In this document: piece by piece, positions 1 through 13,534 of the stretch
Layout: each line of letters opens with the position of its first letter
How positions within the stretch are numbered: position 1 is the first letter of the stretch
NCBI GenBank assembly: GCA_976551045.1
Contig: CDPCPM010000151.1
Coordinates: 4,588,001 to 4,652,000 of the forward strand
Reading direction: 5' to 3'
DNA: 64,000 bases
Origin: Glaucostegus cemiculus
Lineage: Eukaryota
Translations under genes and position numbers: made by a program
The notes under the pieces: model-generated
What the model was told of the DNA's origin: nothing
Seen by the model: only the letters and a program-made list of their open reading frames with translations
Database searches by the model: none

Positions 1-2199
1 TCCGGATGGAACAGTAACCTATACTGTATATACAAGGCCAAACACCAGGACTGAGTGAAGATCCTAGCACCTAGATCCATGTATCCTGATAGAACCAACC
101 TCAAAAGTCTATGTGATGCAATAGCTGAATTTGGAGCTCCTGATCTATTTGCAGAAGCAGAAGTGAATATCAGCACTGGCCACCAAGATTCAGCAGACTC
201 TGAGACTGACACCAAGATGTTTTGGAGTGAATTATCAGGAAGATTTGAGAAGTTGGATTGTGGGCTATTAGGTGGCTGGTTCTTTAGCACCAGGCTGCAA
301 CCACAGGGTGCCAAGGAAGGGAGCAAATGAGGGATAGGAGAAGCCAGGTTGATGTGACGCTGAGCGTTGGGTGGAGTGAGGAAGAAATGTTAGTTTGGTG
401 GGTTGGGTTTTTTTTTTGGAGAGGGTGGAAGTGGTGAAACGCTCGTCCTATTGGCCCTACTGCACTGCTGGAAAGATGTTTGCCTCTTGGGTTCTGTGGT
501 CCTTGCTTCCTTTCAGTTGTTGGGTTTCCTGAATCACAGTGCCATCTCTGGGAACTCTCTGGTAATTCTGATAAATTACCAGTGACTCAGGGTTAAATCC
601 AGACTTCTGTGACATCGGGTCAGTGTGGACTGCAAGGTCTGCCCACACCCATCCCCTGAGTCACACGTGTGCACATATGGTTTCACATGTGGTCGGTCCA
701 AGACTGTGGCTTGAGATGCCTCGGGTCAGCCTTCTGCCAAAGTTTGCACCAAAATCTGAAGTACTTGCCTCGTTAAAATATTTAAATTATTTCCTCTGGG
801 GAGAGAGTTGGGTTGGTTGAGATTTTTAGTGCTTCTCCAGTGATAGAAAGCCCACAGATTTTGGGGTTAAATGCTGTTCCATCCCCCATCTTGATATCCA
901 TTTTCCCTATCCCTATATTTGAATTCACCATTGTTAACCTGGACCCAAATGGTTCCAGGCCTGAAGTCTTCTAAGAATTCACTCGACAGACTGGCTAAGC
1001 CCCACAGTGAAGACAGCTGGCAGGTAATAGTGACCAAGCATGTCAAATCTGGCAAGTTTACAGTGGCTAACATCTGGTTGTGTGAGGCCTGCATCCCAGA
1101 AGCCACTGCTGTGCATTCCATAAGAACAATAAACAGAAGCTTCTGTCCACTTTAAGCTTGCTGACTTGTGACTTTGTTATTGAAAACAAGCAGCAGGCTG
1201 CAGGATTCCAAACCCCCAGTTCAGTTCCTCCATGTCACAGTCTCTCCCTGCATCACTGAGAAATGTGAATCACAACCTCCAATGACCTGTTCTGACATTA
1301 ATCTGTAAATGACAATTCTTTGTTGTGGAGCTTTAAATTAATCTCCAGAGTCATCATACTAATATCATTACTGCTCCACAAATCAATGCACCAGACGGGA
1401 TCTTTATAAACTCCACAGGGAGGGTGTTGTGGCAACAGCAGGCACACTTCTAGCTTCAACACATGGAAATAGAAACTGGACAAAAGACCAGCCACAAACA
1501 ATAGACCAGGGAAATGGCTATTTCAGCTGTCTAAGAATACATTATAGCTTTCTAAACATTAACATATTGAACAACTCCACCTACCTTTAGCTGGCCTTTA
1601 TACACTTGGATTGAGAACCAAAGCAATCTATTCCACAGTGACCTGCTGGATGATAAAAGAATTTGCAGTGCTACAAAAGCCACATGTGCCTCTCACTTTC
1701 AATGGCATAGTGTGTCGGGGACAATTTTCTCCTTGTTAAAAGATTTTCTAATGGGACAACCCTGGCAAGCTGAGAAACATCCTTGTGTAAATGTAGTCAG
1801 AGAAGTGGAGTTGATGCAGGATGATTTTTAATGCATCCTGTACTTGCGATCTGCATCAAGCAATAATGAGAAATATTAAGAGATATGGGGGCAAGAATAT
1901 GTGGAGTAGGGTCACAGAACAGCTATAAGTAGTGGAAAAGACTTGTGGGGCTAACTGGCATTCTGCTGTTATCATGTTCCATTTATGCAGCTGATATTTG
2001 CCAGAGATCTTGAATTCACATTTCATTCAGTCTAGTTGAATATTAGTGTATGTTGCTATCTTCCCTTCAAGAAAAGTATGCAGTAGTGAAAGGATTTGCA
2101 GTCTGGAGGTGACGCGAATAATCTGATGGAAAGATTCATTATAGGAAAGAAAACTGGCATATCACAAAGAAGGTCAATCACTACACTGTTAACTTGCTT

Positions 2200-2440
2200 A
2201 TCACAACACAGAAAGAGGTCATCGGGTCCATGCTAGCTCCTAGCAGACCAATGCTCCTTCTTATTTCCCTGTAACTATCTCTTCTCTCCCTTGAGTTCAT
2301 CAACTTCCTTTTGCTGCTTACTTGTACAAAGGGGTAAGTTAGAGTGACCACTTATCCTATCAGCACATGGAACATGCAAACTCCGGCTTACTGGAGCTGT
2401 GAGGCAGTAGTGTTAACTGCCTTGCCACCAAGCCATCCCT
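2200..2440 (-). mobile_element. Degenerate, internally deleted V-SINE/HE1-like SINE
   Basis: Reverse complement has a tRNA-like head and GGAGTTTGCATGTTC of the V-domain. Confidence 0.6.
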
Positions 2441-2739
2441 GACAAACAGCTGTCAAGAAACAAAACACCACAAAGCAATGTCTATTACACATCTATACAA
2501 CCAATATCAGTTGAAGAGGCTCCAGTATATGTTACAGTATAGGCAACTTCACATGGGGAGCATTATTATAGAGTCTGGATCTGAACATGCAAGTGTTTCT
2601 AGTTGCAGAGCATAGGATGTTTTAAAATTATTTATTGAAAATTCCTTGCAAAGGCATAGATATGTATGCTTCCTCTCCGCCAGCAAATGTGCGCCTCATC
2701 AATGAAATTTACCACATCCTTTTGTGGTAAATGACATCC

Positions 2740-2930
2740 AAGCCTGGAGTAAAAGCAGCAATTGCTGGAAACACTCATCAGGTCATACGGAATCTGTGGA
2801 GTTCTGATGTTGAGTCTTTGACTTGAAATATTGGCTCTGTTTCTCTTTCCACAGTTGCTATCTAACCTGCTGAGTGTTTCCAACATTTAAAAACTTTTAT
2901 TTAAGACCCTGAGCATCTCTGCTTTTTTGT
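2740..2930. mobile_element. Penelope-terminus-derived foldback element
   Basis: Arms TGCTGGAAACACTCATCAGGTCA / TAACCTGCTGAGTGTTTCCAACA around a decayed CTGATG..GAAA motif. Confidence 0.6.
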
Positions 2931-4394
2931 TTATTTTCACCTGACTGGAGCTTGTGTTATTATTAGATGAAAGGTACATTTATGGGAAGGTTTGGAAATG
3001 CAGGATTAAGCTGGGGCTTTCAATTCATCCAGGTCCAATATGGTGATAGAAATTTTGTTTTCAATTTAGAGGTGAATTTGGAATTCCAGAGTATGATTGT
3101 GGGTGTAATGGATTTTCCAATAGCTTTGCTTGGCTGAGCATGCTGTGAAATGAGTATCAACTTATTTCCGCCTTTTTAAGGAAGGAACCGGTGAACCTCC
3201 CACAATGTTCTTATTATCAAAGAATATATTCTAAACTTTAAAAGAACACAAGATGCTTTATTGTGTCAGTTGTTTCTCTCTCGAGCCATAAAGACCATCT
3301 TCCAGATGTGCACACTATTTGATCTGGTTTTCTATGAGAGAATGCCTGCATGGTTAGAAATGGGATACTAAAGCCTTTTGTGGTGAATGTTGGGGAAGAA
3401 AATTGATCAGAATGTCTTCATGATCCAGTTTGCAAAAGCAATTGTGATGTTTTCAGTGCAAACTTGCTGAATGATAATTAACAATTGACAAGCTGATTGT
3501 TGTTTCTAGATGTATTACACGGTCATCAGTATCCCTGGAGGATATTGTGTAGAGTGACTTTTACAAGTCAAGATTTGGGTGCAGAGCTTCATGTGGCAGA
3601 ACTACTCACTGGAATTGGGTTGCACTGACTTAAGTTCTTAAGTTCCTGATGAACTTATTTATTATGTGTATCTTAAAACCTGAACTTCAGCTGGCACAAT
3701 GCTAACTGTAAAAGCTCTTTATATGATGTTGCAGTCAGCAGTACAATTAGGACTTGGCAATTAAACCTGAACACATTTTAAAAAGAATTCTTGTAAACAT
3801 ACAGAAAGGAGCAATAAAATGTAAAGAGACCCAACTCAGGAAATGTGTTCAGACCCTCTAATGCTTGCATATTTCATGGGGGAATTATACCCCAGATTCC
3901 ATAACCAATTCTGTGCTTTCAATGTTTCTGTTTCTTCCTTCAAGCTTTCAAGTACTCATTTAAGTTAAGTGAAAGTATTTTGGGTGATGTTTAAGAATGC
4001 TCCTGTAAACTTAATTTCACATGCTTATAATCAGACTTGTTTTTGATTTGTCAGTTTTCAGTATTTACTGATTTTTCTAGCGTAGCACATATAATTTAGC
4101 TGCTGAATGATTTATTAGAATGTACAGCTGAGGCTCGCTGGCATTGTTTATTTTCTGTCTATGATAAAATACTGGCATATCAACTAGAGCCTTGCTTTGC
4201 CCTGTCCTCCCCTACCACACACTAATTCCTCTTGTGTGGGCCTTTATGTACATGCCCATATTGGTATCTAAAATTCTGATGAAATAATCTCCCATTAATA
4301 GAGGGGATCCATAGTTCTAGCATCTTCATGCTTTCAGTAGTTTGAATATCCTGCACCATAAAAATTTGATTCGTTCAAGCTAGGAGGATTCAAG

Positions 4395-4736
4395 GAGTGG
4401 CACGGTTGCTGGAGCTGCTGCTTCACAACTCCAGTGGCCTGAGTTCAATCCTGACCTCTGCTGTCTGTGTGCAGTTTGCCTGTTCTCCCTGTGACCACAT
4501 TGGTTTCCTATGGGTGTTCCGGTTTCATCCCACATTCTAAAGACGTGTTCCTTAGTGGGTTACTTGGCCACAGTAAACTGCCTCTACCACATAGATAAAT
4601 GGTAGAATCTGGAGGGAATTGATGGGAATCTGGGGAGAATAAAATGGGATTGGTGCAGGGTTGGTATAAATGGGTGGTCTATGGTTGGTGCAGAGTTGGT
4701 GGTGGAAGGGTTTGTTTTTTGTGCTCTATGTCTCTA
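4395..4736 (+). mobile_element. V-SINE/HE1-like tRNA-derived SINE
   Basis: B-box-like GAGTTCAATCC, V-domain (TGTGTGCAGTTTGCCTGTTCTCCCTGTG...CCGGTTTCATCCCACATTCTAAAGAC), CR1-like tail. Confidence 0.8.
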
Positions 4737-5121
4737 AATTGACTTTTCTGTTGAATGCATAAAACTGAAGGGGTGAGAAAGCATTTTGTTAAAAAGACAT
4801 TATCAAATGTACCTCTGTATTGCAGAAAATGCTAATTTTATGTCCTTGTGTTAAAGGATTGAAATCGGATATCAAATCACATCAGCTTTGCGCACATGGC
4901 TGCCCCAAGAGGTTATTTTCATTAATATTGCTGACTTGTGTTTGGCTAATTTTATAGTCTCATTGACCTCCACCACTTGTGGATTAAATTTGGTTAAAGC
5001 AGAACTTTTGGAAGTGCAACGTAAAGGAACATTTCTACAATACATACATATTTATTAATCAGATAAAGGCAATTGAGAATATAGTTTTATTACTTCTTGA
5101 TAATGTATGTTTTTTTTGGCA

Positions 5122-5462
5122 GGGGAATGATGGAATATGGTTAAGTTATATGGTTAAGAATCTGGGCCATTAATCCAGCGACAGGAGATTGACTCCCACC
5201 TTGGCAGCTAGGGAATTTAAATATAAATAATTAAATCTAGAGTTTAAAAAAACAAAGTTTGTCCCAGTAGTGGTAACCATGAAACTGCTGGATTGTTGTA
5301 AAGCCCCTGTCAGTTCACTAATGTCCTTCAGGGAAGGAAATATGCCATCCTTACCTGGTCTGGCCTACGTGCAACTCCAATATTTTTGACTCTTAATTGC
5401 TGTCTCAGATCAGAGGCAAGTAAGAAGAGGCAGTTGCTGGAGATGTCCACATCAGAAAACAA
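5122..5462 (+). mobile_element. SINE with GTTCACTAATGTCCTTCAGGGAAGGAAA core
   Basis: Same core present in inverted orientation at about 36360-36645; family name not assigned. Confidence 0.65.
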
Positions 5463-5969
5463 TTTTTTTGTTCATTTCCTACCCTGTTCCAGAGTGCCTG
5501 CAGTGTAAAAGAATTGGCCTCAACCTTAAGCAACTTGCAAGAAAATTCTCTCCAAGCTGAGAATAGTTTTCATTTCTGACATTACTTCAGTTTTGTACCA
5601 CCTCATTGGGTCACAGCTGATATCGGAAGCTCAGTGTGTACGATTGTACGGATGTGAACCTGGGTTATGCCTCTCTACAGTACTGGAGACTAATTTTGAG
5701 GAGTTTCCTATTTCATGCATCTGGTTCTCAACAGAGTGGTTTTTATACTTGATCATGCTGCCAGCATCATGTGTGCACTTGACTCTCTGGGAGGTGGACT
5801 TGTATAAGCTGGTTTCAAAATAAAACTATAGATGGATTGTTTCTGTCTCAATCTGTTGCTGGTTCAGGTTGTTTGTAAGATTAGCATTCAAGTAATTAAA
5901 ATTATACTTTGGCCAAAATATAACACCCATAGGTGCAGTTCTCAGATAAATTGCAGAAATTAATCTCCA

Positions 5970-7731
5970 ATGAGGGTAGGACCGATCAGGGATAAAAGAG
6001 GAAACGTACCTGGAGACAGAAGGAGTAGGTGGGGTCCTTAATGAATACTTTGCTCTAGTATTCATCAGTGAGAGAGACCTTGATGTTTGTGAGGATGGCA
6101 TACGATAGGCTGATATGCAAGGGCATGTCAACATAAGGAAAGAGGATGTGCTGGAACTCTTGAAAAACATTAGCATAGATAAGTCACTGGGGCAGGGCAG
6201 GATATATCCAAGGTTATTATGGGAAGGGAGGGAAGAGATTGCTGCAGCTTTAGCGATGATCCTTGCATCCTCACTGGCTGCAGGAGTAGTCCCAGATGAT
6301 TGGAGGCTGGCAAATGTTATTCCTTTGTTCAAGAAAAGGATTAGGGATAACCCTGGGAATTACAGACCAGTGAGCCTTACTTCAGTGGTGAGCATATTAC
6401 TGGAGAAGATTCTTAGCGACAGGATTTATGGGCATTTGGAGAAGCACAGACTGATTAGGGGCAGACAGTCAGCATAGCTTTGTGATGGGCAGGTCGTGCC
6501 TCATAAGCCTGATTGAATTCTTTGAGGATGTGACAAAGCACATTGATGAAGGTAGAGCAGTGGATGTGGTGTACATGGATTTTAGTAACGTGTTTAATAA
6601 GGTTACTCATAGAATGCTCATTTAGAAAGTCAGGAAGCATGGGATCCAGGGAAACTTGGCTGTGTGGATTCAGAATCGGCTCGCCCGTAGAAAGAGGATG
6701 ATGGTGAATGGAGCGTATTCTGCCTGGAGGTCAGTGACCAGTGGTGTTCCACAGGGATCTGTTTTGGGACCCCTGCTCTTGTGATTTTTATAAATGATTT
6801 GGATGAGGATGTGGAAGGGTGGGTTAGTAAGTTTGCTGATGATAGAGGTTGGTGGTATTGTGGATAGTGTAGAAGATTGCTGTAGATACAATAGGGCATT
6901 GATAGGATGCAGAGCTGGGTTGAGAAATGGCAGATGGAGTGCAAACCAGAAAAGTGTGAAGTGATACACTTTGGAAGATCAAATTTGAAAGCAGAATACA
7001 AGGTTAATGGCAGGACTCTTAGCAGTGTGGAGGAACAGAGGGATCTTGGGGTCCATGTCCATAGATCCGTCAAGGTTACCATGCAGGTCGATAGGGTTGT
7101 TAAGAAGGCATATGGAGTGTTGGCCTTCATTAGTTGGGGTATTGAGTTCAAGAGCCACAAGGCAATGTTGCAGCTCTGTAAAACTCTGGTTAGACCATAC
7201 TTGGAGTATTGTGTTCAGTTCTGGTCACCTCATTATAGGAAGGATGTTGAAGCTTTAGAGAAGGTGCAGAGGAGATTTACCAGGATGCTGCCTGGATTGG
7301 AGAGCATGTCTTATGAGGATAGGTTCCATGAGCTACGGCTTTTCTTTTTGGAGAGAAGGAGGATGAGAGATGACTTGATAGAGGTGTACAAGATGATCAA
7401 GTGGACAGTCAGAGACTTTTTCCCAGGGCAGAAATGGCAAACATGAAGGGGCATAATTTTAAGGTGGTTGGAAGAAGGTACAAGGGGGATGTCAGAAGTA
7501 AGTTTTTTTTAACACCAGGAGTGGTGGGTGTGTAGAACGCACTGCCAGCAGATGCCGTGGAGGCAGATTCATTAGGGACATTTAAGAGACTCTTAGATAG
7601 CCACATGAATGATAGAAAAATGGAGGGCTAATGGAAGGGAAGGGTTAGATAGACCTTTGAGCAGGATAAAATGTCAGCAGAACATCATGGGCCGAAGGGG
7701 CTGTGCTGTGCTGTAATTTTCCATGTTCCAT
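5970..7731 (+). mobile_element. 5'-truncated CR1 (HER1-type) LINE, decayed ORF2
   Basis: ORFs 6115-6477 (DW..ANVIPLFKK..PGNYRPVSLTSVV) and 6907-7446 (LVRPYLEYCVQFWSPHY); PQGSVLGP near 6748; FADD near 6832; stops and frameshifts; CR1 3' tail. Confidence 0.95.
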
Positions 7732-7799
7732 TTAAGACTATCAGCTAATTTTAAATAGCCTCTTATTGGATTTTTCATTGCATTTCTTCTGCTTTCATG

Positions 7800-8130
7800 T
7801 GGGTTGCATGGTGACACAGCAGTTAGCACAACTTCACAGCTCCAGGATCCTAGGTATGATCCTGACCCTGAGTGCTGTCTGTGTAGAGTTTGGACATCTC
7901 TGTGTGCTCTGGTATTTCCCTTGAATGCTCTGGTTTCTTCCCATATCTCAAAGATGTACTGGTTGGTTAATTGCCTGTTTTAAATTAACCCTTTGTGTAG
8001 GTAATTGGCAAAAGAATTAGAGGGGGGATAGGTATGTGATAAAGAATAGGTAATAGGGGCATGGGACTCATGGAAATGCTTTCCTGGGAGCTGGCATGGT
8101 TCTGACATGTTGAATGACCTTCTGTTCTTT
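7800..8130 (+). mobile_element. V-SINE/HE1-like SINE
   Basis: tRNA-like head, TGTGTAGAGTTTGGACAT...CTGGTTTCTTCCCATATCTCAAAGA V-domain. Confidence 0.7.
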
Positions 8131-8271
8131 AATAGATGAGAATATCTTCTGTCTTGATAACCTGCTTTTGAATGCCTCAATTATCCTGCCATGATTACCT
8201 CCAACACTGCTGAGTAGCAGCAGAGTTGACTGCCTTTTTATGCTTTGATCATGGATCTGTCTTGAAAGCAA

Positions 8272-8400
8272 GAAGACAAAAGAGGCTGCAGATGCTTGAA
8301 TCTAGAACAAAAACAGAATGCTGCAAGAACTCAGCTGGTCAGGGAGCATCCGTTTATTATTTCACCTGCTGAGCTCTTCCAGCATTCTGTTTTTGTTCTA
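8272..8400. mobile_element. Short Penelope-derived hairpin insertion with target-site duplication
   Basis: 37-bp arms 8303-8339 and 8364-8400 (3 mismatches); TGAAAGCAA flanks both sides. Confidence 0.75.
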
Positions 8401-9920
8401 CCTGAAAGCAATGCTGATTAGAATGAAATCATTCTGAAAAGGGCAAGGTTTATGATTAGCAATATGATTTTCTGTGATCTGATCTTGTGGAAGGCATTCT
8501 ACAACACTGCACTAATGATGTCAAGATTCTAGCCGAGGTTATCCAAGTTCTGGGAATATGGTTACCACACATCCAGTTGAAGTGAGATGTCATCGAATTT
8601 TTCTTGGATGTTCCAGAAGACGGTCATGATTGAACTTACACCTACCAGTTCAAACATAATTTGACCTCTTTTCATTTTTACTGCATGTGCAAATTCAGTT
8701 CCCAGTAATATCTCACTCATTCTAAAGTTGCCTGTAAGAGGCTATTATGTTGATACAGAGCACCAGCTGCAACACCTGAGAAAGGCGTTTTTTTTAAGAG
8801 ATTAGAAGTAGCTTAGGTGGCCTCAAATTATCCAGTTCTTTAAAATTCTGAGAGCACTGTAAAATGTAAACACAAACAGGTTATATAACTGGGGCTCTGA
8901 ATGTGGAATTAGAGGATACAAATACAGAATTAGCAAACTCAACCAGGATAAAAGAAGCGTATTTCCTTTGCACAGAACAATGGATACATAAATGAACTTG
9001 CAAGTGTTTGTTCCTGCTTTTTGATTAAATGTTAAAAATAAACTGAATAATTAGCTGGTTAGGAACAGGATTGAAGGTGATAAGCATAAGCACAGATTGA
9101 AATGATACAATACTCAATAGACTACAATAACTCTTGAGCAGCTGATGCAATGGAAATGTCATTTGCTGGCAAGTAATTAGTCAAACATAAGTAAGCTTGG
9201 ATAGATATTCTGGAGTTTCACTTAATGATCTTGGAAGAGACTTTATAGAAAGTTCTTCCAGGAGATTAAACAAATTAAACTCGGATTACCCATCTCTTAA
9301 TCTTCATTCCTTAAACACCTTAATGTTGAGTGACTGCATGGCCCTAGATCACAGATTTATTTAAGCTCAAATTTGATACAACCAAGATCATTCCCACTTC
9401 TGTCCTTCCAACGTTTGGTGAAAGCTTCTTCTTCATTTACTGAGTTCAACAATGCAGTCTTTTCTTTCTATCTCTTGTTCTGATTGTTTTATGAAATGTT
9501 TTAAGATGTTTGATTTCAGGAAGACTTTAAAATAAAAAAAAATCATTATTGTTGAATCCCTGTTATTCATTTTGCAGAATCTAACATTAATAGACCAGTT
9601 CTTATTCAATGCTTTCTTATATTTGGATTTATTCCAGCATTGATATGAAATAGTTGTGCATCAGAGTATCCTTTCACTGAGTTTCATGCAATACATTTTA
9701 TTCTTAACCGATTTCCACTGCCTTTATCATTGAAACACAACTGAGCTGAGAGAATTTGGACCAAAGTGAGTTAGAACATTTGGAAAGAGCATATGGACAA
9801 TATATGATAAAATTTAATAGTATACTATATCAAATTTTGTAATTATTCTTTGATTTGAATGGGCTCAATATATCAAGGTTGCAAAGCCGATTAACTGGTC
9901 TGAATTCTTTTTCTCCACAG

Positions 9921-9976
9921 GGCCCTGTACACTTATGAAGATAACACTGACAATCTGAAATTAGCCGATTCAGGAG
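9921..9976 (+). CDS. DBN1: Drebrin coding exon 2 (ADF-H): (W)ALYTYEDNTDNLKLADSG
   Basis: ttctccacag|G...GGAG|gtatgt; 56 nt, phase 2-1; matches drebrin WALYTYEDGSDDLKLAASG. Confidence 0.95.
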
Positions 9977-11827
9977 GTATGTGACTAATGCAGGCTAGAT
10001 TTATGCTTCTTGTTAACAGTAGCCCTTTCCAACTGGATTTGATCCAGATTTGCCATCATTTGTAAGTAAAAATTGCAGTATACTCTGCAGTAAAGCAATT
10101 AATTACACTCTTGTAAGGAATTGTGTGCCTGCCTAATCTACAGGAGGTTTCAAGGATTTGCATTCCATGGGTTCTGGGCATTGATCTGCAGAAGACATGG
10201 ACAATGACAGCCTTTAAATAATCTAAGACTTTAATTTCAAGTTGTTGAATTGCTGTTCAAATACATGATGCATTGGCAGATAGCTAATTATAAGGGTCCA
10301 TAACCTTACAACATCCTTTTAATATCTAAACCTCTTGGGATATGTAATTTTGTTCACTGAGTTAAAGAGACAAGTGGAATGTTTTGCTATGTCAGTAGCT
10401 GTTAGAACTCTTTTTCTGTCAAGGTGGAGCAAGACTTCTGCTGTGAAGGCATTGGAGGTAAAGCTGAGAACAATCCATTGACTCATTATCCTGGTGTTAT
10501 CGGCAGACTATGTCAGTGCAGAAAGCGATAATAACCAATGTTCTGAAACAGTCCAATTGTCATCACCCAGTTGCCAAGATCGGCAAGTGGATAGAATATC
10601 ACATTGTGTCCCTGATTTGTTGGGGCTTTGCATGTAATCCACATGCTTCATTTCTATTTTTAGACTTTTCATAATATATTTTGATATTAGTAATTTAGTT
10701 TTCTGTCTTGGTTACCTTTGTTCAAGGCTTCCTAGGAGCAGAAGAAATCTTAGCTATAAATTCCATGACCAGAGTTAATGAGCAAAACAGAGACAATGTC
10801 AGTATTTAAGAATTAGTTAAGTGGATGGTTAAATAAAATGGGAATAAAGAAAAATAGGATAAGTGAGCATGAGACTACTGCTCACATGAAAAAAACACCA
10901 ACAGTGTGGTTGTCTTAAAATACCTGTTTCCACATTGCAATTTGTAACTCTACAATGTGATGCCAGCAGTTTCATAATTATAAACAATCTAATTTAAAAA
11001 TAAAATCAATCACCTTATCTACGCTGAAAGATAAGTTGCCTGAGGTATATTTCAAGATGTTAGGTGATTTGACACTGGTACCATTTCTCTTTTATACCAA
11101 GAAAATTACACACAGCCAAATATTTTCTAACTTAGATGAGTCCTGTAAATGCCTTGAGAGGTGAGGTCATGGGGTTCGTGGCCACTTTTGCAAATTTGAG
11201 AACGGTGAAGCTCAGTAGAGGACTTGAACTGTCCATTCTCTAAAAGAGAATTGAGAGGAAATTTGATAGTACTGAAGTGAGGAGTGCAGATGAATGGCAG
11301 TGCAGAAGAAAGATCTAGAGCTTAAAAAGTGAAGGAGTAAAAATTAGGGGCAGAAACTTAGAAGATAAAGATGTGTATGTTTGATAAGGGGATTCATAGT
11401 AAAAAAGTGAAAATACACAGCACAAACAGAAAAAAAAGCTAATTACAGAGAGACATGATATCAGCTCAGTTTACATATGGGTGACTTTATTCTGAATTAT
11501 TTTTGCAGTGATCGTCCATAGACTCTGGGTTAATTCGGAAGGGCACTTGTATTTTCAGTAACAAGTAAAATTAATAATTTTCCTTCTTTTACATTTAATT
11601 TTCATTTATATAGCCCTTTTATATGTTCCTGGGCAAATCATTAAAACATTTTTGATCAGAAAAATTGATGTCAAGTTGCATAAAGATAAATTAGGGCAGG
11701 AGAAATTTGGGGTAAGCTGGGGTTCTCAGAGTTTAGTGCATTGCAATGATGGATCAAGCAAATTAGGGGACTCTGAAGAGAACAGAATGGAACGAATGTA
11801 GATTTCTTGGGGTTATTAGGGCCAGAC

Positions 11828-11960
11828 TCAAAAACTGCTGCTGTAACGTGCAGCCAATTTGTAAACAGCAATTAAGTTATGTGTCAAGATGCTCAGCTTT
11901 AGTGGAGGCATAAATGTTGGCCCAGATACTGGAAAATACAATACTGTCTTGGAATCTTTT
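11828..11960 (+). repeat. Direct duplication, copy 1 (copy 2 at 16230-16362)
   Basis: 133 bp ungapped, 8 mismatches by manual comparison. Confidence 0.92.
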
Positions 11961-12589
11961 CCACTCATTTGTAGCATTTGTGGAAGGAGATACAGACTTA
12001 ATATTTCAGGTCAACTATTTTTCATTGAACTTGAGCTTCTGGTTCACACTTGAAAGATGTTTTCATATTTTTTCATTTAATTAATCTTTATTGCCTCTGT
12101 TTTTAATGAGATGGGCCAATTTTCTGTTCTTTGTTAACTTGCTTCCTGTTCTTGTGCCTTTTATTCTGCCAGTAATTGTTGTTTTTCATACTGACATTGA
12201 ATTGTCCATTATTGGAAGGGAGTGGGTGTCTGCTTTTAAGTCATCAATGTAAATTCCCCAGCTGAAGATTTCTCTGCTGCCTAAGAATGATAGTTTTGTA
12301 ACTTGGATGCAAGACTCAGATATAATTAGAATGGTTTTATTACATTTTCACTTAGTCCCAGTTTTTCAAGCTAGTTATTTTGAATCTGCAACATGACAAA
12401 TTTATTATTAAATGGAGTACAGTTTATTGCCTGCATATGTCATTGAAAATAGTACTCTATGAATGATGCATCAGGCTGCTGGATTTATCTTATATTAATA
12501 AAATTAAGGTTAATTGCTTGGTAACACAGCAAATTAATTGGGGTCTTCCATCTGGGGGAAAGTTTAGCTGTGTTAACTTGATTGAATCA

Positions 12590-13010
12590 GAACAATAGAA
12601 TTATCACAAAACAGAAGTAGACCATTTGCCCCATCAAGCCCTTTGTAAGATCATCGAATTATTCCCATTCCCTGGTTCATTCCCCATTGCTTGGCCATTT
12701 TTTTTGGTCCCTCTATTATGCCTCTATATTCAATTCCCTCTTGAAAGCTCTGGTTCTGCTAACACCATTTCCTAAAGTGAATTCCAGATCATGACTGCTA
12801 ACTGCAGGAAAATGTTTCTCCCTTCCCCTTCACACCTGGTTCCCTTTCTGGTTACCATTAAAGTGCATCCTCTGGTTCTGGACTCTCCCAGCAATGGAGA
12901 CAGTTTCTCATTGTCTTTATAGTTGTTAATTTGCACACTACTAACAAAACATTCCTTTACTTTAAGGATCCATTCAAGTGTCTGAAGCCTCTCTTTCCTC
13001 AGGACCATCT
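12590..13010 (-). mobile_element. Old CR1 3' fragment
   Basis: ORF 12772-13008 (EKLSPLLGESRTRG...IWNSL) resembles CR1 ORF2 C-terminus; 3' tail toward 12590. Confidence 0.7.
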
Positions 13011-13534
13011 TGCCATTGCCATAAAATTGAATCCATTAGTACTCATTTAGTGCCTGTGTCTGGCCTCTGATCTTCTGTTTGCTGTACCATCATGCCCATT
13101 GATAGTCTTGTATCTTTTCTGTGCCCTTGTTTATATTTTCACTAATCCCCCTTTGCCTTTTTGGTATTTACCTGATCTTCACCTCGTGTTTATCATTTAA
13201 CCCTTTCTGTTCTTACTCTTTTATTATCCACTGAGGTGTTGTCCAATATTTACCCCAAATGGCAAATATCTACAATGTTCCAAAATCATTCTTTTGAAGA
13301 TGCTGATTATTCACTTACAATTTTGTCACCAATTTTTGTTTCCGTTTTCAGCGGTTTGAAATTGTCCATTTTCCAACTAAGTATTTTACCTCTGATTACT
13401 TTGTGTTATTTTCTATTCCGAAATAAACCTGATGATTATATGATCAATTTTCCCGTAGTGATACCTGCTCCACTTAAACCATCTCATATCTCAGAACTAA
13501 TCCAGCAATGTCTCCTTCCCTTAAAAAGCAAAAA

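Noticed and set aside
4395-4460. tRNA gene
   Set aside because: A/B-box-like head runs straight into a V-SINE body; no cloverleaf.
5826-7606. Long ORFs on both strands (168, 176, 179 aa) as host genes
   Set aside because: They are fragments of the CR1 ORF2 and its antisense shadow frames.
1-9920. First coding exon or promoter of the drebrin gene
   Set aside because: No CpG island and no ATG-initiated exon ending in a phase-2 Trp codon (TG|gt) with drebrin similarity was found; it is presumably upstream.
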